Shown here piece after piece: positions 44,193 to 53,950 of a stretch of DNA of 64,000 nucleotides. Below the pieces are notes generated by a model that saw only the letters and a list, made by a program, of their open reading frames with translations, was not told where the DNA came from and ran no database searches. Made by a program: the position numbers and the translations under genes. The stretch is from Cyanidioschyzon merolae. Taxonomy: Eukaryota. The number at the start of each line of letters is the position of its first letter. Position 1 is the first letter of the stretch. Where the stretch lies: assembly GCA_000091205.1 (NCBI GenBank), contig AP006499.2; one strand, written 5' to 3'.

Positions 44193-46155
44193 GCAGTCTG
44201 TGACCGTTTCGGTTTCGGCGCGGAGAACATGGAACGCTTTTTCTCAGCGTTCGTCAACGATCTGAGCACCGCCGAATGACCGACCCGAGTCAGGAATGCA
44301 GTCCTCCCTGTACTGATCAGTAAAGAATATACATCGTACACGCAAATCTTCTGCGATCTATACGGCACATTTCATGATCATTTCAATATCCTGCTGTACG
44401 TCGCAGGCGGCACGAAACAAAAATGAGTTGAAAGACTATAGGTCCAGTCCGCAAAACTCGGGCGTACGGATTATGGTTTCGATCGTTTCCCCGTGTCAGC
44501 AGCACTGATGCTTGATGGGCCTCTTCTGCGACTGCTTCCTTTCCCTCTCTCGTATCTCCTGGTTTAGGTTCGTCAATCTCTCCTTCCTATCAGGCAGTGT
44601 CGCACGCAGTCGACAAATGGTGGTGATAGCGTTCAAGTCGCGATTTCGCCGCTCCCAGCTGTTTTCGGTGTACCTCATGCATAGGCAAAAGGTGCGATCT
44701 TCTGGACGATTCACTCCACGAGTACGCGGTCTGGTGCACACGCAAGCGTGCACACTCCCATTCGATGAATCATTTGTGAAATGTCATTTTGTCGCTGATG
44801 AAGCAAGTATGGGAAGAAAAATCCAGATAGGTGAACAAGTCGAGAGATTTGGATCCGGCTCAGCTCCCTTTTTTGCAAAGCAGTGACGCACGCTCGACTC
44901 AAGGCGATCGCTGCCATGACCCAAGTGCGAGTCCAAGACCCGTTGGCATGCTAGCAGAAGAGAAAGGAGCCTCTACGAGCGTGTCTCGTGAGAGACATCA
45001 TGCAGCTGCTGTGGAATTACGTTTTGTCGATAGCCACAAAGTGAGGCGATACTATCTCTCGAATCGAACCGATTCTTCGACGTGGCTCATGGTGTGGAAT
45101 TTCCACATGAGCTTGTGCAGAAGTCGACCAGGGATGTCATCGAGTTTTTTTCTCCTCGTCAGTCAGGATGCACGAATTGCAGCGCCCACGAGTTGCCTCA
45201 AAGCAGATTGATCAAAAATTGAACAATGTGTGATTTGGGCACTGTTCACGTACGAAAAGGAGAAGCGCGGAGGCCTCTGCCAATGAATTGGATTCTGATA
45301 TCGGTTATTTTACGAAATGCTTGATGGAGGGCGTTGCGAATCATCTTGATTTCGATGACGTACTGCATTCCAGCAGCAGAAACCAGAAAAGAACTGCCCA
45401 AAAACACAACCGAAAATCTGAAGCCTATGTAGGAATCCGTAGGCCCCTGACCAATATACTTTGAATATCGGGGCTGTGCATCTAAAAAAACCAGAAAGAA
45501 ATGAAAAATCAGGAACAGAGCGCGCAGTTCAGTGCTCGATTTTCATCTGAAACGGATGTAGAGAGCAGGGTTGTCGACACACGAACCAGGAGACTTCCCC
45601 GGCGATTCCACGATGTTTTATCGACCTTCGGGAGAGTGTTCAGCACGCTGCTCCTGGCCTCCCAACTTCTATCGGTCATCACCATCCATACCACCCCACA
45701 GAGCGACCGCACGCCACCGCTCTCTTGTCTAGTGTCCTGGGCCTCGTGCACGCATCGCCTGCGAGCCTCTTGGTGACCAGCGCGCCGCGCAGGCGCTCCA
45801 AACACCCCGCACAGTGCGGAGCAGGGAGCCTGTGTCAGAGAGAGCGCTCTTTTTCCACATATTCAAGCTCCTGGGATCACGTGTAGCCTTTCGGGAAAAC
45901 CGTTTACGTCTGGAACCTGCCAAAGCGTTGAACTTGGAACAAGCGCTACTCGTGGCAAGTTTGCGGCGTGCTTATCACGTTTTCGGGGCCGATATCGCTG
46001 CGCGATAGTCGCGGAATATCCATAGCATCCGTACCGCCGAAATTGCATGCAAGTTTGCCGCAAGCTGCAGCCTCCATGGAACAAGTCGCGCATCGACGCA
46101 TCGCTGGAGTAAACGCGCTATGCATCAACCCCGACGAGCATCACCGGAGCGCGCA

Positions 46156-47679
46156 CTAGTCCCGTTGTATGTGATTGTCAAGCCAGGTGCGCAGCTGATC
46201 CATTTCGCTTTCATGAAGAACAAGGTTTGCCTGAAATAAGCACTCTGCGGACATCGGTCGATGACGTTCCATCATGCGAATGCAGGCCTCGTGCCCCGGA
46301 TACGCTGGATCGAATGAGGTCCCGTTCAGGTGCAGAACTTGGGCCATGGCATGGCGCGATACCCCGAGCATGATTGCCAAGGCAGCGTACATGTCAGGCT
46401 TTCGCGCCAAAGCTGGAAAAAGCTCGATGTTCACCACATGGCGTGGTTTCCCGAGCGAGAACAAATGCGACCACTCTGCGCCGTGCATCGCGATCAACGA
46501 GCGACGCTGGTGCACCGCGACGTACTGGTCGCACCACGAGAGTTCCCCAAAATCGGGAATGTAGTCTGCATCGAGTCGTTCTGCCAGCTGATCGCTGTTT
46601 AAAAGACGCCGCCGCTGCGAGCTGCGTCCCAGAACGACGGCTGGCCGCGCTGGACGCTGTTTTGCGCGCTCCACATGCTCCTTCGAACATTCCTTCTCGA
46701 AAAACTTGAATGTGGCGAGGCGAAAAGCCTCCAGTAACCATGGACGAAGCGCGTTCGCTGCAGCGCGTTCCGACGCACTTATTCCATTCAGGCCTTTCGA
46801 ATTCGGATTGTAGGTCCAGTCCCAGTTCCGTATGGGTTGCTCGCGCGCACCAACAGATAGGTCGCGAAAACACCAACCCTCCGCATCAGACACGGGATAG
46901 GGAAGTCCAACATCTCTTCCTATGAAATAAACATCTTCAACGAGGCTATGGATCATACGGATGACTCGAAGGAGTCGTTCGCGTCCGCCATTCGGTGGAA
47001 ACCCGCTCTGCCCGATGTCACGCAGATCGAAGACAACCACAAACGGCAGCGGATACAGCGTCGGGTCCTGTTCAATGTGACGCACAAGGTTCACTTTTTC
47101 GAGCATGAGTAACGTTGCAACCAGTGGATACAGGTAGTCCACAGTGGTATGGGCTAGGTTACGAAGCCCGAAGTGCGACGGTCGAGTGAGCACCGCCGTT
47201 CTCGCCTCGAAACGCCTGCACAGCCGCAGCGGTGATGTTCCGTCCGCGTGGGCGCCGTAGAACTGAGCTTCATCAAGCAACTTAACGTTTTGCGAGGCGC
47301 TATAGTAAGAGGACATCACGGTTAGGAAGTGGCTGGTAGCGGTGCTGTTTGGCGAGACCGACGCAGGAGCGAGGACTTGGTCTCCGGTAAGGACGGCTCG
47401 CGACAAACGTAAATAGGGCAACTTCGTAACGCCTTCAAAAGTGCTCAGGTTCGGAGGAGCCGCCCCGTCCGACATAAACGGTGGAAGCCCTGGCACGTCT
47501 GTGGCAACGCCACTAGAGGACGTCGGCCGGGAGCCAAAAGGAAAACCTTGGCGAGCGCCCAAGGCTCTCAACAGCAGAATCACCCACGCGGTGAGAACGA
47601 CTCCGCCTAGCAGTCGGATCCATAGAAACTCGCGAGACCGCTCTATCCGTCGCACTAAACCCCGTATGCCAGCAGCCAT
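46156..47679 (-). CDS. GT61 (DUF563)-like glycosyltransferase, type II membrane topology; tandem paralog 1.
   Basis: N-terminal signal-anchor WIRLLGGVVLTAWVILLL. H..D..YP block HTTVDYLYPLVATLL. C-terminal SLIAMHGAEWSHLFSLGKPRHVVNIELFP resembles the GT61 motif (MHGAGLTN..FLP…V.EL.P) with GAEWS in place of GAGLT. ATG verified at 47679 (and 47793). About 35-40% identical to its upstream neighbour. Confidence 0.6.
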   Translation of the reverse strand: MAAGIRGLVRRIERSREFLWIRLLGGVVLTAWVILLLRALGARQGFPFGSRPTSSSGVATDVPGLPPFMSDGAAPPNLSTFEGVTKLPYLRLSRAVLTGDQVLAPASVSPNSTATSHFLTVMSSYYSASQNVKLLDEAQFYGAHADGTSPLRLCRRFEARTAVLTRPSHFGLRNLAHTTVDYLYPLVATLLMLEKVNLVRHIEQDPTLYPLPFVVVFDLRDIGQSGFPPNGGRERLLRVIRMIHSLVEDVYFIGRDVGLPYPVSDAEGWCFRDLSVGAREQPIRNWDWTYNPNSKGLNGISASERAAANALRPWLLEAFRLATFKFFEKECSKEHVERAKQRPARPAVVLGRSSQRRRLLNSDQLAERLDADYIPDFGELSWCDQYVAVHQRRSLIAMHGAEWSHLFSLGKPRHVVNIELFPALARKPDMYAALAIMLGVSRHAMAQVLHLNGTSFDPAYPGHEACIRMMERHRPMSAECLFQANLVLHESEMDQLRTWLDNHIQRD

Positions 47680-48303
47680 GGAGCAGTGACGCACCTCGAG
47701 AGCTTCTGGGTGAAGCGCGTCGACATGAACAGGCCTCGAACGCCCGTATTTTTTGAAGGAGAAAGTCGGGTTTCGAATAGACACGTTTCTCATCGAGAGG
47801 CGTTGCGCACCGGCGGCGATGGTGCATACGTTCGCGCGTACCTGACACTCAACGCACCGGCATGCCGTTCAACCAACAAACCCTGCATAACCGGTATACA
47901 GTAGTGGCGAGAAACACGCTCTGGACAGAACGTCTCTCCGCAGGCGGCAACGATGGACTTTTGCATGGCATTCGTAGTTGAAAGCGGTGATTCCGTCCGC
48001 TGAATATGAGCGTAAACGTCGCAGGGGTCCTCGAGGTCACTCTGGTAGCTTTTGGAAGGCTTTACACGGACGACGCGGGGGAACTCGCGAAACCTGGTCG
48101 CCAGAGCCCGTCACAATGGCTGATGGAGTCAGTCTTTTCAGCGTTCCCACGAGAAGCGCCCTTCGGATATGCTCGGTCGCTGTCCTGCATGGAACTGGCA
48201 AAAAGGCAGAATTCTCAAGGCGCTTTTCGAAACGCTGGAACCCTAAACCTGAAAAGCGAGCTTAGCGCGTATCTCAAACCAGAAACACTGCGTGCCATGA
48301 TAT

Positions 48304-49863
48304 CTAATCTTCCGCAAGAAAGCGCACGATTCGTTCCTGGTCATACTCCGAAAGGACGATGTTCGCGTCGAGGCAACATCGCCCCGGTAGGGTGCCACGT
48401 ACACTTGTGTGATTGCGGTACGCGTCGAGGCAGGTGCGTTGCTGAGGGTAACGCACATCGAATTCCATGCTGGTTCGATTGCTCGTTTGCAGCTTCATAT
48501 GGTGCATGACGCCGAGATATCTAGCGATCGACGCATAGAAGGTCAGTGGCGCCGCGCATGGAGGGAAAAGCTCAACGCTGCGCAGACGGGATGGTTTTCG
48601 AACGAGTAACAAGTACGACCACTCAGCGCCGTGCATCGCGACAATGCCGCTCGCATCTCGAATAATGGTATATTGTAAACACCATGGCAGATTGCCAAAC
48701 GCCTCAACATACTGAGCGTGCGGTATGCGTCGGACCAGTGCTGTTCCATTGCGGAGTTGTCGTCGAACAGAGCCGCGCCCCAGAATCCATATAGTGTGTC
48801 GGTTTTGGTCGCGTTGCGGGCGCTCTCCGAATAAGTCGTGACTCGGGGTGATCACTCGTTTGCGATCGACTGACTTCGACGAACACTCGCGGTCTGCATC
48901 GTTCCGCATAAATGCGCTGAATGCCCGCAGCAGCTTTCCCCGCTGGGCATCCATGGATCGGGACAGTTCCAGGAGATTCCAGTTTGAGTGCCTGAGATTT
49001 TGCTCCCTCGCACCAAGTACTAGATCACGAAAACAAAAAGTCGATTCCAGAGCTCTGCCCATGGATCGGAACTCCAGATTCGGCGTCAAGCTGGTGCTGA
49101 TGCCGCCAAGGCGGTGCAGCAGGCGACGGCCATCTGGTGGAAGCCGAAGAGCGCTGCGGCCCGCTCGTCCCAAGCTCGTTGTATCGAAAATCAGACGCGG
49201 CGGGTAGACACGCTGACGGACCCAATCTAGCGGATTGCGACTGAGCAGCCGCATCGTGACGTAAAGAGGATAAACGAGATCGAAGGTCCAGTGAGCCAAA
49301 TTCTTCATCACGAAGGGAGTCAGCGGTTGATAGAGGGTTGTCCGGTGCTCCCAGCCACCGTCTGTTCGCTGGCATTCTGCTTCGAATGCCCGTTTTTCGG
49401 TTTCATTCACGACGAAATGTACTGATATGTACGCGGAGCGATATGCGGTGCGCACTCTCAAAAGCGTGCGTTCGTTCAGGAGAAGCGCGTCTTCGTCAGC
49501 TGTCGAGCTGCTACGGCAGGCGTCGAGTGAGCGGCACAGCACGAACACCCTTCGCTCCGTACCAGATACTCTCAGAACAGCGTCGCGCACTCGAGCGTAC
49601 GAGACACTCCAAGTACCGGTTCCGTTCACAAACAACGGCAATCGGCGAGAGAGCAGATCTTTCTCGAACTCGCGCAACGCATAACGGGCGCTTCGGACCC
49701 CTCCGCCGTAGAGTTTCCACTCATAGACGGCAATCTGAACCAACACCGCGACGCCGAGCACGCTCCAAACTACACGGGAAAGAAGCCGCAAACGGACACG
49801 TGCACAGAAACGTCTGCTCAAGTCTGAAACACGCTGCTTGTTTGGCGAGCACCGCCTATACAT
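48304..49863 (-). CDS. GT61 (DUF563)-like glycosyltransferase, type II membrane topology; tandem paralog 2.
   Basis: Signal-anchor VVWSVLGVAVLVQIAVY. HWTFDLVYPLYVTMRLL. FRDLVLGAREQNLRHSNWNLLE (cf. paralog 1 FRDLSVGAREQPIRNWDWTYNP). GIVAMHGAEWSYLLLVRKPSRLRSVELFP. ATG verified at 49863. Confidence 0.6.
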   Translation of the reverse strand: MYRRCSPNKQRVSDLSRRFCARVRLRLLSRVVWSVLGVAVLVQIAVYEWKLYGGGVRSARYALREFEKDLLSRRLPLFVNGTGTWSVSYARVRDAVLRVSGTERRVFVLCRSLDACRSSSTADEDALLLNERTLLRVRTAYRSAYISVHFVVNETEKRAFEAECQRTDGGWEHRTTLYQPLTPFVMKNLAHWTFDLVYPLYVTMRLLSRNPLDWVRQRVYPPRLIFDTTSLGRAGRSALRLPPDGRRLLHRLGGISTSLTPNLEFRSMGRALESTFCFRDLVLGAREQNLRHSNWNLLELSRSMDAQRGKLLRAFSAFMRNDADRECSSKSVDRKRVITPSHDLFGERPQRDQNRHTIWILGRGSVRRQLRNGTALVRRIPHAQYVEAFGNLPWCLQYTIIRDASGIVAMHGAEWSYLLLVRKPSRLRSVELFPPCAAPLTFYASIARYLGVMHHMKLQTSNRTSMEFDVRYPQQRTCLDAYRNHTSVRGTLPGRCCLDANIVLSEYDQERIVRFLAED

Positions 49864-52809
49864 GGCCGACTAACCTGCATACCTGGTACGAGCTGGAGAT
49901 ACGACGGGACACCCGCGAGACTCGTTCGCGCCAGATGCGTGATTCGTCCACGGCTGGACACGTGTCCACACAGGTCCAGCCGCCGCTGATTCACGCGCCT
50001 TGATTTAGCCGCTTGGGTGCAGCGCATCCGAGTTGCGGCAGAAACGAGAGGATGTTATGGCTATTTCTGTCCAGATTCTAAAGAGGACCTGCGCTTGCAA
50101 TCGACGCCGTCCCTTGTAGGAGCGCCGGATGGGCAGCATGTGCTGCACCAATGCTGGTAGTTGCATGATCCCCGGCTCGTATACGTTTACGCGATAATGC
50201 CGTCGGAGCGGGAAGCGGCTGCAGCGTCACCGGATACGTCAGAGACGACGCTGAGACGGGTGATTCGTCAGACGCGGCTCGTTTGTGGAGATCTAGCTGA
50301 GAAGCCACTGGTACAGGCCACAATAGTGCACCCAGAACGGACGCTGTACGCCGTGGACGCTGCCTTTTCGAGAGCGGTTTCCGTTGTAGTCCGTAGGACT
50401 CGCGAGACGTTGGCTGGAGCTAGTCCACTATTGCCCGTTGCAGCGCTTGGTCTTAGCTTCTGGGGAGGCGCTCGGGTATACCGTCGCCTTCGTGAGCTCG
50501 TGCTCCCAAGCACGCAGCAGAAACTGCCTACAACTGGTTTACATCAGGCGAAGCGCGGTCCGTAGACTTTCTCTCGCTGATCATCGTCGTATTATCTGTA
50601 GAGTGCAGTCGGACGGGAGACTTGTGGAGGGCCACGTAGAGCAATCTGTCAAAACGCTGGGGTGGAGGCTACGCGTTGTACTTGTTTTCGCGCTGTATCG
50701 CGGTTCAGAGAGGTTTTCGTCCCGGAGCGCGGAGTGCTCTTGTCGAACCAGAAAACTGACGTTGTTATACATGGGGTATGCGGCGGAACCGTTCACAATG
50801 TGTCGGCTAGCGTTTCTGTCTCGACAAAAAAGCCTTCATTGGTGAATCCATCGCTGTTAACGTTCTTGCAGTCCGAGTCCATAGCGGAGATATTCGACGC
50901 GGACGTTCACGTGAACGGGTTCATGAACCTAGTGCATGTGGTTGCAATAGGAAAGATTCTGCAGTAAAGTACGCACATCACGTCGAGCGTGCAACACTCG
51001 TATGATCAGTCCCGGGGCGCACGATGCCAGGTTTTGTTTGCCGGTGTCGCCTGCGCAAGCGCTGTGGCAATGGCAGGCGCCAGGATCGGTGCTGTTACCG
51101 AAAGAAACGCGGTCCGCTGTAGAGAGCGCGCTGAATATAACGACGCTTCGGTGGTGTTCCTTGGATCGTGTGGCGACATCCAGAACCGTTGCGACAGTAA
51201 CGACAAGTGGTTTCCATGAAATCTTTGATTAGAATAATCGTGCCGCTCACTGACGGATGCACGAGCGGACAAGGAAACATCGAGCGACTTGTTACAGAGA
51301 GCAGAGCATCGACTTTGCGCTGCAGGTGTGCAAAGTTCTTTTTACCGATACAGGATCCCATCTGGAGGAGTTGGCCCCTCTGGATCATTGCATCATGGTG
51401 ATGCGTTCTCGTTTACGCAAGTCATCGAAGCCCATTCCCAGCTTCAGCTGCGAATCCCACCTGTCGGGCTACGGCTTCTGTATGTGGATATAGTCGAATG
51501 CTTTTTCGTGAAAGGCACGGAACTTGGTCTCACGGAACCCACCACAAAAGGAAAAAGTCTCTACCTCTTCGCCATGCAACTAAAAGCGTGCAGGAAAAAC
51601 TGTCTGAATGGGTCTCATGGCATTCTTGCCAGCCGCGGTCGAAGCAGGGCCCAGGTGCAATACCGCGCCCGGAATCGTCTTCGGTTTCGTGTGCAACTGT
51701 TGTTCACTGCGACTGTGCGCTATTCGCAGCGGGTAGTTTCGGAGTATTCAAGCACGTCCCTTGGTATCCAGCTTCCTGGGAATCTCTTGCATTGGCTACA
51801 ACATCTAACCAAAATGCCAACCTGAGTGGGCCTGACTCGCCCACAGGGCGCTACATTCTGGACGGGAGGTCCCGCGGAACAGATGCGTCCGCGGAGTCAG
51901 TGCTCTGCGCGCAGCCCCGGTGGTGCATGTCGAGGAGAAACCCGCGCGGCCCGACCGCGACACAGCTCTTTTTGGACGACGGAGGGCGGCATTCCGCGCC
52001 CAGGCTCTGCTCTGGTCGCTGAGTCTCTTTAGCGTATCTTTCCACGCCGCTCCGACAGCAGACCTGCGTGCGTAGACTGTTGCCGCCCAGGCGAAAGATG
52101 AGTCCCGGTCCAGTGCCGCAAAACGTGCACATCGAACTGGCATCCGTCATGGCACCGCAACGCCGTTTCGTCCTTGAATGATGACTGGATCAGGCGCCGT
52201 ATCCATTGTCGCAGCAAGCGCCTAAGATATGCTCGGCTCCTGGAGGGTCTTTTCAGCGAGCCTCTCTAGTTTGGTGACACACTGGTCTGGGTTCGTTGGA
52301 GCGTGGAACCATCCCTGGAGAGGTACTGCAGTCTCCGCCCCGAGACCAAAAGCGTCCAAATTGCCCAGAGCATCTGTCTCTATGCAGACCTTTCCGCACC
52401 TAAACAGAAATGCTATGGCGAACTTCCGCGCCAGTCGGAGTTCTCCCAGGGTCCGATGCCTGATCAATCCTCTATTCTGTTGGGGAACACAGCTCAGATG
52501 TTGGCGCAATGATGGGCGACTTTTCTCAGATCGATGAAGCTCATCTCTTCAAATGATTGCTATCACGTACATGGACGAATGAAAAGTGTACCGTCGGCAC
52601 TTAGGTTCACCAGCCAGACTATCGCACAAACGAACCAGTTTGTCTAAACGGAAGCATCGATGCTGGTAACTGATGGAACTTTGAGGTCTTCTCCGGCGTC
52701 ATCGATACTCCCTTCGATACGTATATCCACCTAGCGATCGGGGATATACTTGGATTACGTTCACAATCGTAATCAGTGACACGAAAAATGTCCCACGATT
52801 ATCAAGTGG

Positions 52810-53240
52810 ACATACGTACACCCACGCGCAGATGCTTCCCAGCCTTTTTTGATCGGCCGCTTTTATCGGTCTCAGCTTCTCCCTGGAGGCCTCGAGCCTG
52901 AGAGATTCCTCGATAAAATTGGATCGCGTCAGCGCTTCGGGTCTCGTCTCGAACGCCATGAATCGTCTGATATTGATGGCGTGGTTGAAGTCTCGGTTCA
53001 TGAACTCGTTGCGTGCATTGACACTGCTTGGACACACCATTGCAAGAATTGGTAGAGCTCGCGCCCTCAGTGCCACTGCAGTCTCGTCATCGTCCCGTCG
53101 AACGAACATCTTTTCTCGCGTATCTGCAACCGTTTTCATCTCCGTCAGTTGCGCTTCATCGCTCGATGATCGGCGAGAAGAGTTTTTTCTTTTTCTCTTG
53201 AATCCGGCAGGGACGACCCTCCGGGATCCCCGAATCGCAC
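52810..53240 (-). pseudogene. Copy C of the TnpB/Fanzor-like C-terminal fragment repeat.
   Basis: Minus-strand frame: …MFVRRDDDETAVALRARALPILAMVCPSSVNARNEFMNRDFNHAINIRRFMAFETRPEALTRSNFIEESLRLEASREKLRPIK…. It is collinear with copy A at nucleotide level (…cgacgggacgatgacgagactgcagtggcactgagggcgcgag… versus A …cgacgggacgataacgagactgtagtggtacagagggcacgag…) and shares the 3' terminus aaaaggctgggaagc.tctgc..gtgg. Confidence 0.6.
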
Positions 53241-53646
53241 GCCCATGCTTTTCTCTCGCATTTTTATTTTCGAAAATGAACGCACTTGGCAAGCATCTGC
53301 TATACACCGCGAAAAGGCATCTGATGGCACCCGCCTGGAGCGTAGAACGCAATTGATATGAACGATTGCGACAATCCTATACATGCCCCCGCAAACAAGC
53401 GCCATCGCCGCTGCGCGATCGCGCGACCGCACTTGCGGCGACACGCGTACCGGTCAACGTGCGATCATGAAACGTGCGCGTTGAGCGATTGCGCAGCGTC
53501 GATGGCGCTCAACGGCGAATGCCAGCCGTTGGAGACGGCGACGCACGCACGCGAATGCGCCTCCATGCGTCCGTGACGGCGTCTCGACGAGCCGCGAGCG
53601 CGATTGCGTTACGCGCACTGAGCCACTCGTTGGCCGGATCGCGACG

Positions 53647-53658
53647 GCACGCATGCGC
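53647..53658. promoter_or_regulatory. GCACGCATGCGC 12-mer about 290 bp upstream of the PMA ATG, followed by an alternating Pu/Py tract GCGTGCGCGTGCGCATGCGTGCACACCTGCATGCGCACATG.
   Basis: Exact string at 53647-53658. Same 12-mer as at 35737. Downstream is an AT-rich segment (tttcttttttaaaaactgg, about 53795). Confidence 0.4.
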
Positions 53659-53950
53659 GTGCGCGTGCGCATGCGTGCACACCTGCATGCGCACATGTTT
53701 GCGGTATTCGTGCTAGGTTTTGTTTACGAACAAGACCTTCTTTCGTGGGTTTAGTTGAGCTGGATTGTACTTGCAAGTTGCTGCAATACAAACCAAACCT
53801 TTCTTTTTTAAAAACTGGTAACGATTTTGGTGCTTGGACTGGGTTTTTGGTGCACTGAGAGCAAGTGAGTCGTGTAACGTCCTCTAACACAGTGACGGTG
53901 CACGGCGCGTTGTGTTGCGAAGGAAAGCAAGTGTTTCTGTGAACACGAAA

